Shown here in pieces: positions 13,379 to 26,400 of a stretch of DNA of 64,000 bases; the stretch's first letter is position 1; every line of letters begins with the position of its first letter. Source of the DNA: Felis catus. Taxonomy: Eukaryota. A program made the position numbers and the translations under genes. The stretch covers positions 192,264,001-192,328,000 of the forward strand of contig NC_058368.1 in NCBI RefSeq assembly GCF_018350175.1, written 5' to 3'. The notes beneath the pieces were generated by a model. That model had not been told where the DNA came from and did not search any database. It saw nothing but the letters and a program-made list of their open reading frames with translations.

Positions 13379-16300
13379 AAGAGACTGGGAGGAAAAGAGA
13401 CTGAGTCGCTACCAGGGATACACGGGGACAACCTGACGGGCCATAGGTGCGTGATTGCAAACTGGGAGAGATAAAATGAATGGAAGGGAGGGATCCCCTT
13501 CTGTGGACAGACAAAGGGAAGAGAAAGAGTGGCTGGGGAAGCATAGGACTGTATCTGGACAAGAGAAAAACCTCAGAGCAGCATGGAGAAAGATCCAATC
13601 TCTAACTGCGGGGCTTTCTCTGGACTGGGGCTGGCTGCCCTGTTGGTGCACCTGGGGAGGAGGGGAGCCAGCCCCAGGCTCGGTGCCTAGGTCCAGGGCG
13701 CAGTCCACAGTAGGAGAAAGTGACTCCCTCCCTGGAGTGCTGCGGGACAGGAGAAAGCCATCAGGGACCACAGATCCCGCGGCATAGAGAGGCGCTTCCC
13801 CAGTAGCAGGGCGCACAGAGCGGGAGTTTGAATCCCAGCCAAGCGCGGGGCACAGGAGTCGGCAGAGCAGGGCAAACCGCCTCGTCTGCGCCTGCGGCAC
13901 AGTGAGGACGGCTCGAACAGAGTGATTTGAGACACCAGGTCCATGGAGGAGAGACTGGGGGGGTTGCCATTTTTCACCCCACCACCACCAAGGCAGGGCC
14001 TCAGGGATCTAACCTCGGGCCCACAGTGGAGGCGAGAACCATGTACACCAAACCACGCCCCTCCGTGCAGGGTAACTGCGCATCTACCGGAGCGGGATGG
14101 ACACTGAGGAACCAGAGGGACCCCTCCTCCTGACCAGTGCTGCTGCATCGCCTGGATTAACTCTCAGACAATTCTTGTTATATAGATATATTCTTCCTTC
14201 CTTTTTTCCTTCTTATCTCTTCCCTCCTCTAGTCTGGTTACTCTGGTTGTTGGTTTGTATAAACAGACATATTTAACCCATTCTCTTGACACATGGATCA
14301 CCTCCTTCTTTCCTTTCTCTCTCTGGAATAATCAAGCTGTATAGTTTCACTCTCTGGGTAATTTTATCTGCTTTTCCCCCTGCCTCCTTCTTTATTTTCC
14401 TTTCTCTCTCTCTGGATTAAGCCGTTTAGCCTCTTTGCCTAATCAATGTTTATTCCCCTCCCCCCCACCCAGTCCCTGTCATTTCTCTCTTTGTATGTGA
14501 TCTTCCATCGGCACCACCTCCACCCTGTTCTTTACTTACAGCTGGTGTTTCTGGTTTTTTGCTTTTGGGTTTTTTTTTTTTCTTTTTTCTTTCCTTCTTT
14601 CTTTTTTTTTTTTTTTATTTGTGTGTCTGTGTGTTTTTTGTTTTCTGTTTGTTTATCTGTTTGTTTTCCTTTCCAGGGATACTTCAAGGCACAAATCAAA
14701 GCACACCTGGTGGAGGATCCAAAACATCACTACAAGTAGGGGAAAAAAATAACCAAAGTCACAACAACAGAGAGCAAGTAACAGTCTCCAAAACACATCC
14801 TGAAGGGCCAGGCCCTGGACAGTATATGACCCCCTTTAATATAGCAGTGCTCACAGGTGCAGAGCACATAACAAGCTTTTAGAACACACAAAGGACAGAA
14901 AACTAACCAAAATGACCAAACAAAAGAATTCTCCTCAAAAGAAATTCCAGGAAGAAATGACAGCTAAAGAATTGATCAAAACAGATATAAGCAATATAAC
15001 TGAACAAGAATTTTAGAATAACAGTCATAAGATTAATCACTGGGCTTGAAAAAAAAGCATAGAAGACAGCAGAGAATCTACTGCTGCAGAGATCAAGGAA
15101 CTAAAAAACAGTCATGATGAATTAAAAAATGCTATAAATGAGGTGCAAAATAAAATGGAGGCAACCAAAGTGCAGATTGAAGAGGCAGAGGGGAGAATAG
15201 GTGAATCAGAAATAAAATTATGGAAAAAGAGGAAGCTGAGAAAAAGAGAGATTAAAAAAAATCCTGGATCATGAAGGGAGAATTAGAGAACTAAGTGATT
15301 CCAGCAAAGAGAACAATATCTGTATCATAGGAATTCCAGATGAAGAAAAGAGAGAGAAAGGGGCTGAAGGTGTACTCAAACAAATCGTAGCTGAGAACTT
15401 CACCAATCTGGGGAAGGAAACAGACATTGAAATCCAAGAGGCACAGAGAACTCCCTTCAGATTTAACTTGAATCAATCTTCTGCACGACATATCACAGTG
15501 AGACTAGCAAAACACAAGAATAAAGAGAGAATTCTGAAAGCAGCTAGGGGTAAACGAGCCTTAACATACAAAGGTAGACACATAAGGGTAGTAGCAGAGC
15601 TATCCACTGAAACTTGGCAGGCCAGAAAGGAATGGCAGGAAATCTTCAATGTGATGAACAGGAAAAATATGCAGCCAAGAATCCTTTATCCAGCAAGCCT
15701 GTCATTCAGAATAGAAGAAAGATAAAGGTTTTCCCAAACAAACAAAAACTGAAGGAATTCATCACCACTAAGCCAGCCCTACAAGAGAGCCTAAGGGGGA
15801 TCCTGTGAGACAAAGTACCAGAGACATCACCGCAAACATGAAACCTACAGACATCACAATGACTCTAAACCCATATCTTTCAATAATAACACTGAATGTA
15901 AATGGACTAAATGCTCCAACCAAAAGACATAGGGTATCAGAATGGATAAAAAAACAAGACCCATCTATTTGCTGTCTACAAGAGACTCATTTTAGACCTT
16001 AGGACACCTTCAGATTGAAAGTGAGGGGATGGGGAACTATCTACCATGCTACTGAAAGTCAAAAGGAAGCTGGAGTAACCATACTCATATCAGACAAACT
16101 AGACTTAAAATTAAAGGCTGTAACAAGAGATGAAGAAGGGCATTATATAATAATTATGGGGTCTATCCATCAGAAGAGCTAACAATTATAAATGTCTATG
16201 CACCGAATTCAGAAGCACCCAAATATATAAAACAATTAATCACAAACATAAGCAATCTTATTGGTAAGAATGTGGTAATTGCAGGGGACTTTAATACTCT

Positions 16301-17505
16301 ACTTACAACAATGGACAGATCATCTAGACAGAAAATCAGTAAAGAAACAATGGCCCTGAATGATACACTGGACCAGATGGACTTGACAGATATATTTAGA
16401 ACTCTACGTCCTACAGCAGCAGAATATACTTTCTTCTCAAGTGCACATGGAACATTCCCCAAGATAAGATCACATACTGGGTCACAAAACAGCCCTCAAT
16501 ATATATAAAAGAATTGAGATCATACCATGCACACTTTCAGATCACAATGCTACAAAACTTGAAATCAACCACAGGAGAAAGTGTGGAAAACCTCCAAATG
16601 CATGGAGGTTAAAGAATATCCTACTAAAGAACAAATGGGTTAACCAGGCAATTAAGGAAGAAATTTAAAAATATATGGAAACAAATGAAAATGAAAACAC
16701 AACAATCCAAACCCTTTGGGATACAGCAAAGGCAGTCCTAAGAGGAAAATACACTGCAATCCAGGCCTATCTCAAGAAACAAGAAAAATCCCAAATACAA
16801 AATCTAACAGCATACCTAAAGGAACTAGAAGCAGAACAGCAAAGAAACCCCAAACCCAACAGAAGAAGAGAAATAATAAAGATGAAAGCATAAGTAAAAA
16901 ATATAGAATCATAAAACAGTAGAATAGATCAATGAAACTAAGAGTTGGTTTTTTGAAAAAATAAACAAAATTGATAAACCTCTAGCCAGGCTTCTCAAAA
17001 AGAAAAGCGAGACGATCCAAATAGATAAAAATCACAAATGAAAATGGATTTATTAAAGCCAATCTCTCAGAATTACCAGGGAATACTATGAAAAATTATA
17101 TACCAACAAACTGGACAACCTGGAAAAAATGGACAAATTCCTAAACACCCACACATTTCCCAAATTCAAATGGGAAGAAATAGAAAATTTGAACAGACCC
17201 GTAACTAGTGAAGAAATTGAATCTGTTATCAAAAATCTCCCAGCAAATAAGAGTCCTGGACCAGATGGCTTCCCTGGGGAATTCTACCAGCCATTTAAAG
17301 GAGTTAATACCTATCCTTCTCAAGCTGTTCCAAAAAATAGAGAAGGAAAACTTCCAGACTCATTCTATGAAGCCAGCATTACTTTGATTCCCAAACCAGA
17401 CAGAGACCCCACAAAAAAGGAGAACTACAGGCCAATATCCCTGATGAATATGGATGCAAAAATTCGCAAAAAGATACTTGCAAATCAAATTCAACAGCAT
17501 ATAAA
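13379..17505 (+). mobile_element. Carnivore L1: 5'UTR (~13379-14911), ORF1 (~14912-15808), ORF2 EN and start of RT (~15859-17505); 3'-truncated and inactivated
   Basis: ORF1 C-terminus (PRILYPASLSF), EN (TLNVNGLNAP, GDFNT), RT start ([23 protein letters not shown]); multiple stops and frameshifts. Confidence 0.95.
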
Positions 17506-17892
17506 AGTACTCTCCTCTTGCCAACCATGCAACAGTGAGTTAGTACTATGGTACTGTAAGTTGGCTACAGAAGAATGAGTTCCTATAGTAAGTGTACAGA
17601 TTTGAGCATTCTGAGGGCAAATATAACATCTTCTGTATTCTAGCACTAAGGACCATATCTGGCACATGGATACTAAGTAAATCTTTAACCCAGACTTAAA
17701 TATTCAAAGTTATTGTAAAGTGGCAGATTTTCACACAATTTATGCAATTGGATGATATATTTAGCCAAGTCTTTTAGTTTTTAAATCATTCGGACTAAAG
17801 AATTTAAAAAACCTATTCTCCTACTGGCTCATTTTTCCTATTCTACCTCAAATTCACCATTTTACATCCCAATATTAAGATCAGTACAATCT

Positions 17893-19276
17893 GGGGCACC
17901 TGAGTGGCTCAGTCGGTTAAGTGTCCGACTTCGGCTCAGGTCATGATTTCACAGTTCATGAGTTTGAGCCCCACATCGGGCTCTGGGCTGGCAGCATGGA
18001 GCCTGGAGCCTACTTCAGATTCTGTGTCCTTCTCTCTGCCCCTCCCCCATTCACGCTCTGTTTCTCTCTTTCTCTCTCAAAAATAAATAAACATTAAAAA
18101 AGAAAAAAAGATCAGTACTATCTAAATACTTGACTAAACCTTTGCCATCCACATATAGGCTCCACTATTTTAAGTGAAAAGTACAAAATTAGGAGACATG
18201 ATGCTAGAGGGCAGAATTTCCAAAAAAAGAAAAAAAAAAGGCAAAACCATAAGCTAAGTAATAAGGGCAGAGACTACGGAGTCAAGTAAACCTGAGTCTA
18301 AATCCCAACTTTAATACAAGGTAAATGGACTTAGGAAAGTCACATAACTTTCTCGAGCTCAGTTTCCTCATCAGTAGATGGAGTAATAACAGTAATTACC
18401 TCATAGGCTTCTTAAGGAGCTCAAATAAGATATTTTAAGTAAAATACTTAACCTGACGCTTAAAAGGGCTCAATAAAATTGATGTTATAGGGGCGCCTGG
18501 GTGGCGCAGTCGGTTGAGCGTCCGACTTCAGCTCAGGTCACGATCTTGCAGTCCATGAGTTCAAGCCCCGCGTCACGCTCTGGGCTGATGGCTCAGAGCC
18601 TGGAGCCTCTTTCCGATTCTGTGTCTCCCTCTCTCTCTGCCCCTCCCCCGTACATGCTCTGTCTCTCTCTGTCTCAAAAATAAATAAAGGTTGAAAAAAA
18701 ATTTTTTAAAAAATTGATGTTATTACTTTCAGAATAAGAATAATACCCACTTCATTCTGTTGATGGTGGATAATTAATATACTGCACCCTACAGCATCTA
18801 GCACATAATAAACACTGATGGCTAGTATTAATTTTATTTTTTCTAATTTTTTTTATTAAAAAACATTTTTTTTAATATTTATTTATTTTTGAGAGAGACA
18901 GAGAGAGAATGCAAGTGGGTTAGGGGCAGAGAGAGAGGGAGACACAGAATCCCAAGCAGGCTCCAGGCCCTAAGCTGTCAGCACAGAGCCCAACATGGGG
19001 CTCGAACTCACAGGCCGTGAGATCATGACCTGAGCCAAAGTCGGACGTTCAACTGACTGAGCCACCCAGGTGCCCTTAATTTTATTTTATTTATTTTGAG
19101 ATAGACAGTGTGAGTGCCAGTGGAGGAGGGGCAATGAGAGAGGGGGAGAGAGAGACTCCCAAGCAGGCTCTGCACTGTCAGCACAGAGTCCAACACAGGG
19201 CTCAAACTCACAAACCATGAGATCATGACCTGAGCCAAAATCAGACACTTAACCGACTGAGCCAGCCAGGCATTCC
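17893..19276. mobile_element. SINE cluster: + ~17893-18110, + ~18490-18710, - ~18860-19075, - ~19080-19276; MIR ~18265-18480
   Basis: SINEC motifs, TSDs aagatcagtac(a/t)atct and aaaattgatgttat; MIR core ctcagtttcctcatc. Confidence 0.87.
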
Positions 19277-21074
19277 TAGTGTTAATTTTAAATAAGGCCC
19301 TCTGAACAGTTCATCTCTCCTAGTCTCCAGAAAAAATGAACACTGTGAACTGTAAACTTTATTATCACACAATTCCAAACTTTCTCACATTTGGAATCAT
19401 GACTGTTTGCTTGAAGCTGTAATTCATGGGTACACTAAGTTTATCCACTCTTTGGTCCTCAGCTTCTTTATGAAAAGAGGAATTGGAGTGTATCATCTCT
19501 AGGGTCTCTCTGAACCTTAATTCTATCTCAAATCTCATTGTTGACAGCAGGATTACAGAAACACAAGCCTCTTGGCTTCTACTTAATTCTTCTGTGAAAC
19601 CACTATTACACTAACCAGTCTTAAAGAATGCTTGAGGGTGAGGCCCATGCCTTCTGTATACATCATATCTAACACAGTGTCTTGTACTCAAATCAATACA
19701 CATTTAGTGAATTACATATGGTGCTTAATAAATTAAACACATTATGAATCAACAATGACAAAGCTTTCTGAATACCTACAATACTTTCAGGGTTCAGATG
19801 GTTCATAAAACAAACTATCAGGCAAATACTAAACAATTGTAATCAAATTAAATTATTATTCCAAGCAGAGTACTTAATTCAGAAGTGTATTAAAACAAAA
19901 GTTCTTACACGCCCTCTCCTGGTCAACTATTGGAATTAAAGCAGAAAATGAAGCAAGCATGGGGTAAATTGAAAATATGTAATTCAAAACTTAACTATGT
20001 AATTCAAAACTTACAACTTTTGAGACCTTTTTGTGTAAGAAATACTGCAAAGAGTCACTAGAGAAAACGGATTCAAGAAAAGGAAATTTGTGGAATTAAC
20101 AAATGATAACATGAGCTATTGCTAGAATCCATTTCCTTCTATAAAACTGTTTTCCAACAAACATTAAATTTTAGGTCCGCCTAGCAATCTAGTTTATTGT
20201 TAGCATTCTAAAAAATCAAAGCAAGTTAACACCTTAAAAAAAAAAAAAAAAAAAACACTGAAAGGCATCCAAGATCAACTTTTATCATTTTGAAGTTCAA
20301 GGACCATTACTGATATTTACAACATCCTCACATTTACTGGAAAGCCCAAATCCCTTTAGCTTCACTGCACCTCTGTAAATTGGATGAAGGAAGGTAGGCA
20401 TGAACCAAGTCTCCAGAATGCCTGTACACACAAGCACACACACAGGTGCCCACAGTCTGGTGAGACTGCCAGAGCTCAAACGGAAAGTGGGTGGTATACT
20501 GGAACCAGCATATGAATTTCCTTACTCCTGTTACTCTGGTGTCTTCTATCTACCAATACTTAAGGATACTTAAGGACTATCACTTTTCAAATTCTTCCCA
20601 CAGTCATCAGACATTGAAGAGTGGCAGATACAAAGCAAATTTTAGGATTAAGAATTCAGATAAAACAAGATCTCAAAATTTCTAAAGTCACAATTTCAGA
20701 AATTATACTTCCTATGTATTACTCAAAATTCATCTTGAAATCTAGTGCAAGGTATACCCAAATCCCAAGCAAAGATATGACTGGCCTCTGGCTCAATCTT
20801 GAGGTTACTATATGCAGGTTATTAAATGCATCAAGGTGAAAAATTCTTTGTTCCAAAATTACTTCTGTTAACACTGTTAATCCCACACTTGAAACTGAAT
20901 AAAAGAATATCCTCCATCTTGTCTCAATTAGCATCTAAATTAAATGGCTGAAGTGATATGTATATTGTCATAATTCAATATAATTTCATTTGGTTAAAGT
21001 CAAGGACAATCACACAAGGAAACAAGAGTTTAGCAAGCAAACAAAATTCCAGCAACTTTGGACCATGGTAAACT

Positions 21075-21295
21075 CAGAAGTTTCTCAACCACTGCAATAT
21101 TGATATTTGGGGCCAGATCATTCTTTGTTGTGGGGACTATCCTGTGCCTTGTAGGATGCTTAGTAGGATCCCTCAACTCTAGCCACTCTAGTAGCACCCC
21201 TGGCCTGAGTTGGGACAACCAAAAATGTCTCCAGATATTGCCAAATGTCCTAGGGGGCTGGAGGTGGGGGTAGGGGCAAAAATTGACCCCTGCTG
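21075..21295 (+). mobile_element. MER20-like hAT DNA transposon fossil
   Basis: tttctcaacc..ttggggccagat.attctttgttgtgggg...gacaaccaaaaatgtctccaga.attgccaaatgtcc. Confidence 0.85.
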
Positions 21296-21479
21296 CAAGT
21301 TTTTGCAGACTAGGGAGCATGACTTCTCTGTTCCAAAAGGTTTCTGTTATTATGCTATACACATGTGGATGATTAATAAGCCAGATTTTCTCACTATGTA
21401 AACCAAGAAGGACCAAATGCCTAAATTCCACATTCCTTTTTGTTAAGTTTATTTACTTACTTACTTATTTTTATTTTAA

Positions 21480-21698
21480 AAAAAATTTAACTTTTTTTTA
21501 AAGGTTTATTTATTTTTGAGAGATAGAGGGCAAGCGGGGGAGGGGAACAGAGAGAGGGAGACACAGAATCAATCCAAAGCAGTCTCCAGGCTCGGAGCTG
21601 TCAGCACAGAGCTCAACGTGGGGCTAGAACCTATGAAGCATGAGATCATGACCTGAGCCGAAGTTGGCTACCCAACCGACTGAGCCACCAAGCACCCC
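21480..21698 (-). mobile_element. Carnivore SINE
   Basis: Antisense SINEC motifs. Confidence 0.88.
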
Positions 21699-21779
21699 AA
21701 TTTATTTATTTTTGAGAGAGATCTGTAAATGCTGGCTGCCTCAGGAATCAATCCTTGTACTCTTATAATTTCTACTTCA

Positions 21780-23735
21780 CTCTATAGTGAAGTCAACCAG
21801 TCTCATGGCTTTAAACACTCTTCATGCACTGATGACTCCTGAATTGACATCCTTTCCCTGAATTCCAAACTCATATATATTCAATTGCCTACTTTCATCT
21901 ACACTTGAAAGCTTACTGGATGTTACAAATTTAATAAACCTCAAACTGAACTTGTGATATTCTCCCCAAAATCTGCTCCTCTGATAGCTTGCTCCCTCAT
22001 TCCTTCACATCTTTACTCAAATGTTATCTTCTTGGTGAAGACTTACCTATCCAAACCTGTAACCCCTCTCCAATATATACACACTACCTGTTCCCATTTT
22101 CTGCTTACATTTTCTCCTAAGCAGTTGTCATTGTCTAATACACTCTACATTTTACTTATCAAGTGCTTTCCTCAATAGACTGTGAGGGATTACTCTGGTT
22201 TTGTTCACTGCAAAATCTCTAATGTTAGAATAGTCCTCGGGAGGGGTGCCTGGGTGGCTCAGTCGGTTGAGCGTCCAACTTTGGCTCAGGTCATGATCTC
22301 GTGGTCTGTGAGTTCAAGCCCTGCATCGGGCTCTGTGCTGACAGCTCAGAGTCTAGAGCCTAGAGCCTGCTTTGGATTCTGTGTCTCCCTCTCTCTCTGC
22401 CCCTCCCCTGCTCATGCTCTGTCTCTCTCTCTGTCAAAAATAAATAACCATTAAAAAAAAATTTTTTTTTTAATTAAAAAAAAAAAAAGAACAGTACCTG
22501 GCGGGGCGCCTGGGTGGCTCAGTCGTCTGACTTCGGCTCAGGTCATGATCTCACAGTTCGTGAATTCAAGCCCCGCGTCAGGCTCTGTGCTGGCAGCTGG
22601 GAGCCTGGAGCCTGCTTTGGATTCTGTGTCTCCCTCTCTGCCCCGCCCCAACTCGCGCTCTGTCTCTCTCAACAATAAATAAACATTTAAAAAATTAAAA
22701 AATTTACGAGTTTTTTTTTTTGGCCTCATATTTTTCATTTAATCTTTTTCTGCCTTTCAGGGGGACATGTCTGATGCTCAGTCATTATCTTGGGCACAGT
22801 CTACTAAATCTATTCACTTTTTTTTTATTTCTCAAATTGTTATAATATGCATTATCTAATTTTTAGTTTCCTATATATTTAGTGGTCTACACCTAGGACT
22901 GTTAGTTTATCCACTTTCAGGAAATCTAGCTGGATTCAGAATTTAAATTATGTGTCAAAGCCCCCTTAACAAGCAATAGGCACAACCATCATTAAACTCA
23001 TGCTTTCTAGCTCTTTCACTGGGCCTTGCATCCCTCCCCAGTACACTGTGACAAAGTTACTCTGTATATTCCCCTAATCCCAGTTGTTAAAAAGTATCTA
23101 CATATATATACATACATATACATATATATACATATACACACACACAACACACACACACACACACACATACACAGATACCTCTAAAACTTTAAGAGAGTAT
23201 GTTTTATATATGAGGCCACTATGCCTCTACACTTTTTATTAAAAACTATCATGGATTTACTATTTTTCTTCCTAACTAGAAGCATACCAAGGAATACACA
23301 CACACACACACACACACAATTATTATGTAGCCCAGTACTGCCAGATCACTATTATTTCAAAAGTTTGAAAATCTGGGTTTCTTTGTGAAATTTTTAAATG
23401 TTGTTAACAAATTCTAACAACCACAGAACACACTCTGGGGGCAAAAAAAAAAAAAAAAATATTGGAGTACACATGCAATAAATAATTCATTTGGACTAGG
23501 TTGGACAGTTTATAACGTTTGATGTTTTAGAATCAAAATAAATAGTATGATTTTACCTCTATATAATTCACTGACTGTATAATATTTTAGTTACATATAA
23601 ATAATTAAATTATATATGTATATTTTTTGAAGAATGGATATGATAATTAAAATTATGTGAAAAATTAAAAAAAAAAAAACAGAATAGTACCTAGTACACA
23701 TAAGGCACTAAACATATGTTTGTAGAATGAGTTAA
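21780..23735 (+). mobile_element. L2 3' fragment split by two SINEs (~22243-22487, ~22503-22700) and a ~1 kb insert
   Basis: L2 motifs cagtctcatggctttaaa...tgatgactcc; tagactgtgagg...ttgttcactg; resumes agaatagtacctagtacacataagg...tgtttgtagaatga. Confidence 0.7.
23100..23318. repeat. (TA)/(CA)n microsatellites (~23100-23172 and ~23296-23318)
   Basis: Seen directly. Confidence 0.9.
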
Positions 23736-23823
23736 AGAATACAGGGAATAGCCAGGTAACATAAATAAGAGGGCCTGGAATTAGTGAAGGATTTTATACA
23801 TGGTTAAAAAATAAGGAAAACTG

Positions 23824-24020
23824 AGGGCACTGGGGTGGCTCAGTCAGTTGGGCATCCAACTTCATCTCAGGTCACGATCTCATGGCTTGCAGGTTTGAGC
23901 CCTGCATCAGGCTCTGCGCCGATTCAGATTCTGTGTCTTCCTCTCTCTCTGCCCCTTGCCCAGTCACACACTCTCTCTCTAAATAAATAACTAAATAAAA
24001 ATAATAAAAAAAAATTTTTT
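23824..24020 (+). mobile_element. Carnivore SINE
   Basis: SINEC motifs; TSD aggaaaactga. Confidence 0.85.
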
Positions 24021-26250
24021 AAACGAGGAAAACTGAAGAGTATAGGCCCTATCTAAAGAGTGGTACACTTTTTAGCTCTAGAAAATTGTTGCCATATTTT
24101 GTGATGCATAAGATAATCTGGAAACCTGGATTTTTATAAGAAGCTGCCAGTTTTTTTTAATTTAAATTTCAAAAGTTTTTAAATCCTGTGTAGTCCAAAC
24201 AAAACACATCTGCAGGCCTGATTCATCACCCAGACAATGTTTTGTTTAGGTCCTAGATTTGACTTGTATTAACTGTGTAGCCTTCAGTAAGTCATTAAAA
24301 TTCTCAAATGCATCCATCAGTAAAATGGGGAGACTTGGAATTCAAAAGCTGGAAACTGTCATTCCACTACCAAATACAGCCCACAGAAAAGTTTTATTTG
24401 GTTAGCACTTTTTCTTAACCCATTTCAATGCCTTTAGATGAGGAATGCACTCTACTAATTGCCACAGGCCCTACCACTTTCTCTCATTTTACACAGACTG
24501 CTTCTTCCAGTTCATTTCCATTAACTGAGTGCCATCTATATGCCATGAAGTTTCATCACTGAATTAGAAAATCTCTAAGATTTTACAGAGTTATCATGAG
24601 CATTAATTATACCTTCTCTATTTAGTTTTTACATAACCATTTGTCTATTAGAAAGTCCAGACTAGGGATTCACAAAATTATTTATACTCTTTCACAACCA
24701 GAAAGAGCCTTAATGATTATCTAGCAAAATTGAACCCTTTTGTATTACATAGATGAAAAGACTGAGGCCAAACTGCTTAAGTTGCTTGCTCAGAGCTTCC
24801 CAGTATAGTCAGTGCAGGACAATTTAAGCTGACAAACATTAACAAAATACTCACTTTGTGCAAGACCATAACCTGGAGCTACAAAGAGAAACAAGAACTG
24901 TTGCTACTTCTCCAGGGTATACAGCTAGTAAAGGGCACAGACACATTAACATGAAGTCCCTATTTAAGAGGCACATGCTAAAAGAAGAGATTAATTTGTT
25001 TCCTTTTTAGTGCGATCTGAGAAACCTCCTAAGGAAACATTTGAACAGGGTTTAAATAATTAGAACTCATATTATAGACAAGAAGTGAAGGCACAGCATG
25101 AAAAAGCCAAGAAGCAAATAAATGGACAGCATATTCAACAAAAGTAAGTAAATCAGCATAGCTGGGGTGGAATGATAAAAAATAATCTGAAAAAGCAAAG
25201 CATAAACAAATCCTAAAGGGCAGTGCCTCCTATTTTCTTCTTTAGCCCACTGACCCAAACACCGAGAACAGAGCTAAATATAATGGGAACACATTAATAA
25301 TTTATAATGAATAAAACAGTAATGGCAGAATCTAAGGTGGGATTGTTATATGTCATGCACTATACTAAACACTTCATATGCACTACCTCCTTTAATTCTC
25401 ATTCAAAAATCAATGACATAGGTACTAATATTACTCTCATAGCATATATAAGTACTAAAACTCAAAAAGGATAGTTTTTCCAAAATCACACCGCTTAAAA
25501 AGTGGATTCACACCCAACTTATCTGTCTCTCCAAAGCCTACGAACTAAACCAAGATAAACTCCAACAAATGCACCGATCAGACAATTTACAATCAGATTA
25601 TCAATCTCCAAATATCAATAGCTGTACTGCAGAAGAGGGACAAGGAGAAGGTGACAGAGAAAGGCTCCTTGCCAGGGCCGATTTAACTGCATTCCCCAAC
25701 CTTAAAAACGCTTCCGTCCTTAGGTCTAAGAATGTTCTGGAGAAGACAGTATAAAGCTTTAAAACTTCCTATGACCGGGGGAACCTTATTTTACTTTGGG
25801 GAACTTCAATTTCCTCGTCTGAAAAATGGTAAAGCAATACCTACACTATGCTGGATGTTATGAGAATGAGATAACGCATATAAAGCGTGTAACACAATTC
25901 CAGGCACGTCGTAAAGCTCAGTTGTCTACAACACAGTCCCTGCTCATGTAATCAAGTAACTAGAGGGGGAACTCGAAAAGTTGGAGGCTCCCAACACAGT
26001 TTGGGAGAGTATAACCATATTCGGAGACTGGAAAAGAGATCCAAAATGTCCCTTGAGTGATAGGTTACCCTGATTCCCTCAGGGCCATGCAATACGGCGG
26101 CGGGACGACGGAGTAACCAAGCAGAGACTGGCCGTTCTGTTCCCCTCCACAGCCCTAGAGCCTAAGGCAGAGGGCGGCACAGGGGCTCAGTAACCGACCA
26201 ACTTGCAAAGAGGCCTCCAGCCCTCTGTAACTCCAAGGCGAAAGACTTAC

Positions 26251-26293
26251 CTTAAGGCCAGCTTCCCCCTCAGATTCTGCATCCATAATGCAC
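26251..26293 (-). CDS. MRPL22: MRPL22 coding exon 2 (ALWMQNLRGKLAL)
   Basis: tttcag acceptor, gtaagt donor, 43 nt, phase consistent with exons 1 and 3. Confidence 0.9.
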
Positions 26294-26372
26294 CTGAAAC
26301 ATCAACACAAGCCGTCAGCTGAGCCCACCTCCACTCCCTTCTGCCTCCCCTAAACCACTAAGAAATCCCTAC

Positions 26373-26400
26373 CCAAACGTTCCAGTGCTGCCGCCGCCAT
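26373..26400 (-). CDS. MRPL22: Mitochondrial ribosomal protein L22, coding exon 1 (MAAAALERLG)
   Basis: ATG at 26400 in AAGATGGCGGCG context; 28 nt then GT donor; resembles the recalled MRPL22 N-terminus. Confidence 0.9.

Noticed and set aside
13409..14148. Several 110-163 aa ORFs on both strands
   Set aside because: They lie in the GC-rich L1 5'UTR, where stop codons are rare; no support for an ORF0-like product from sequence alone.
19976..20013. 20-bp tandem duplication tatgtaattcaaaactta
   Set aside because: Ordinary slippage duplication in an intron.
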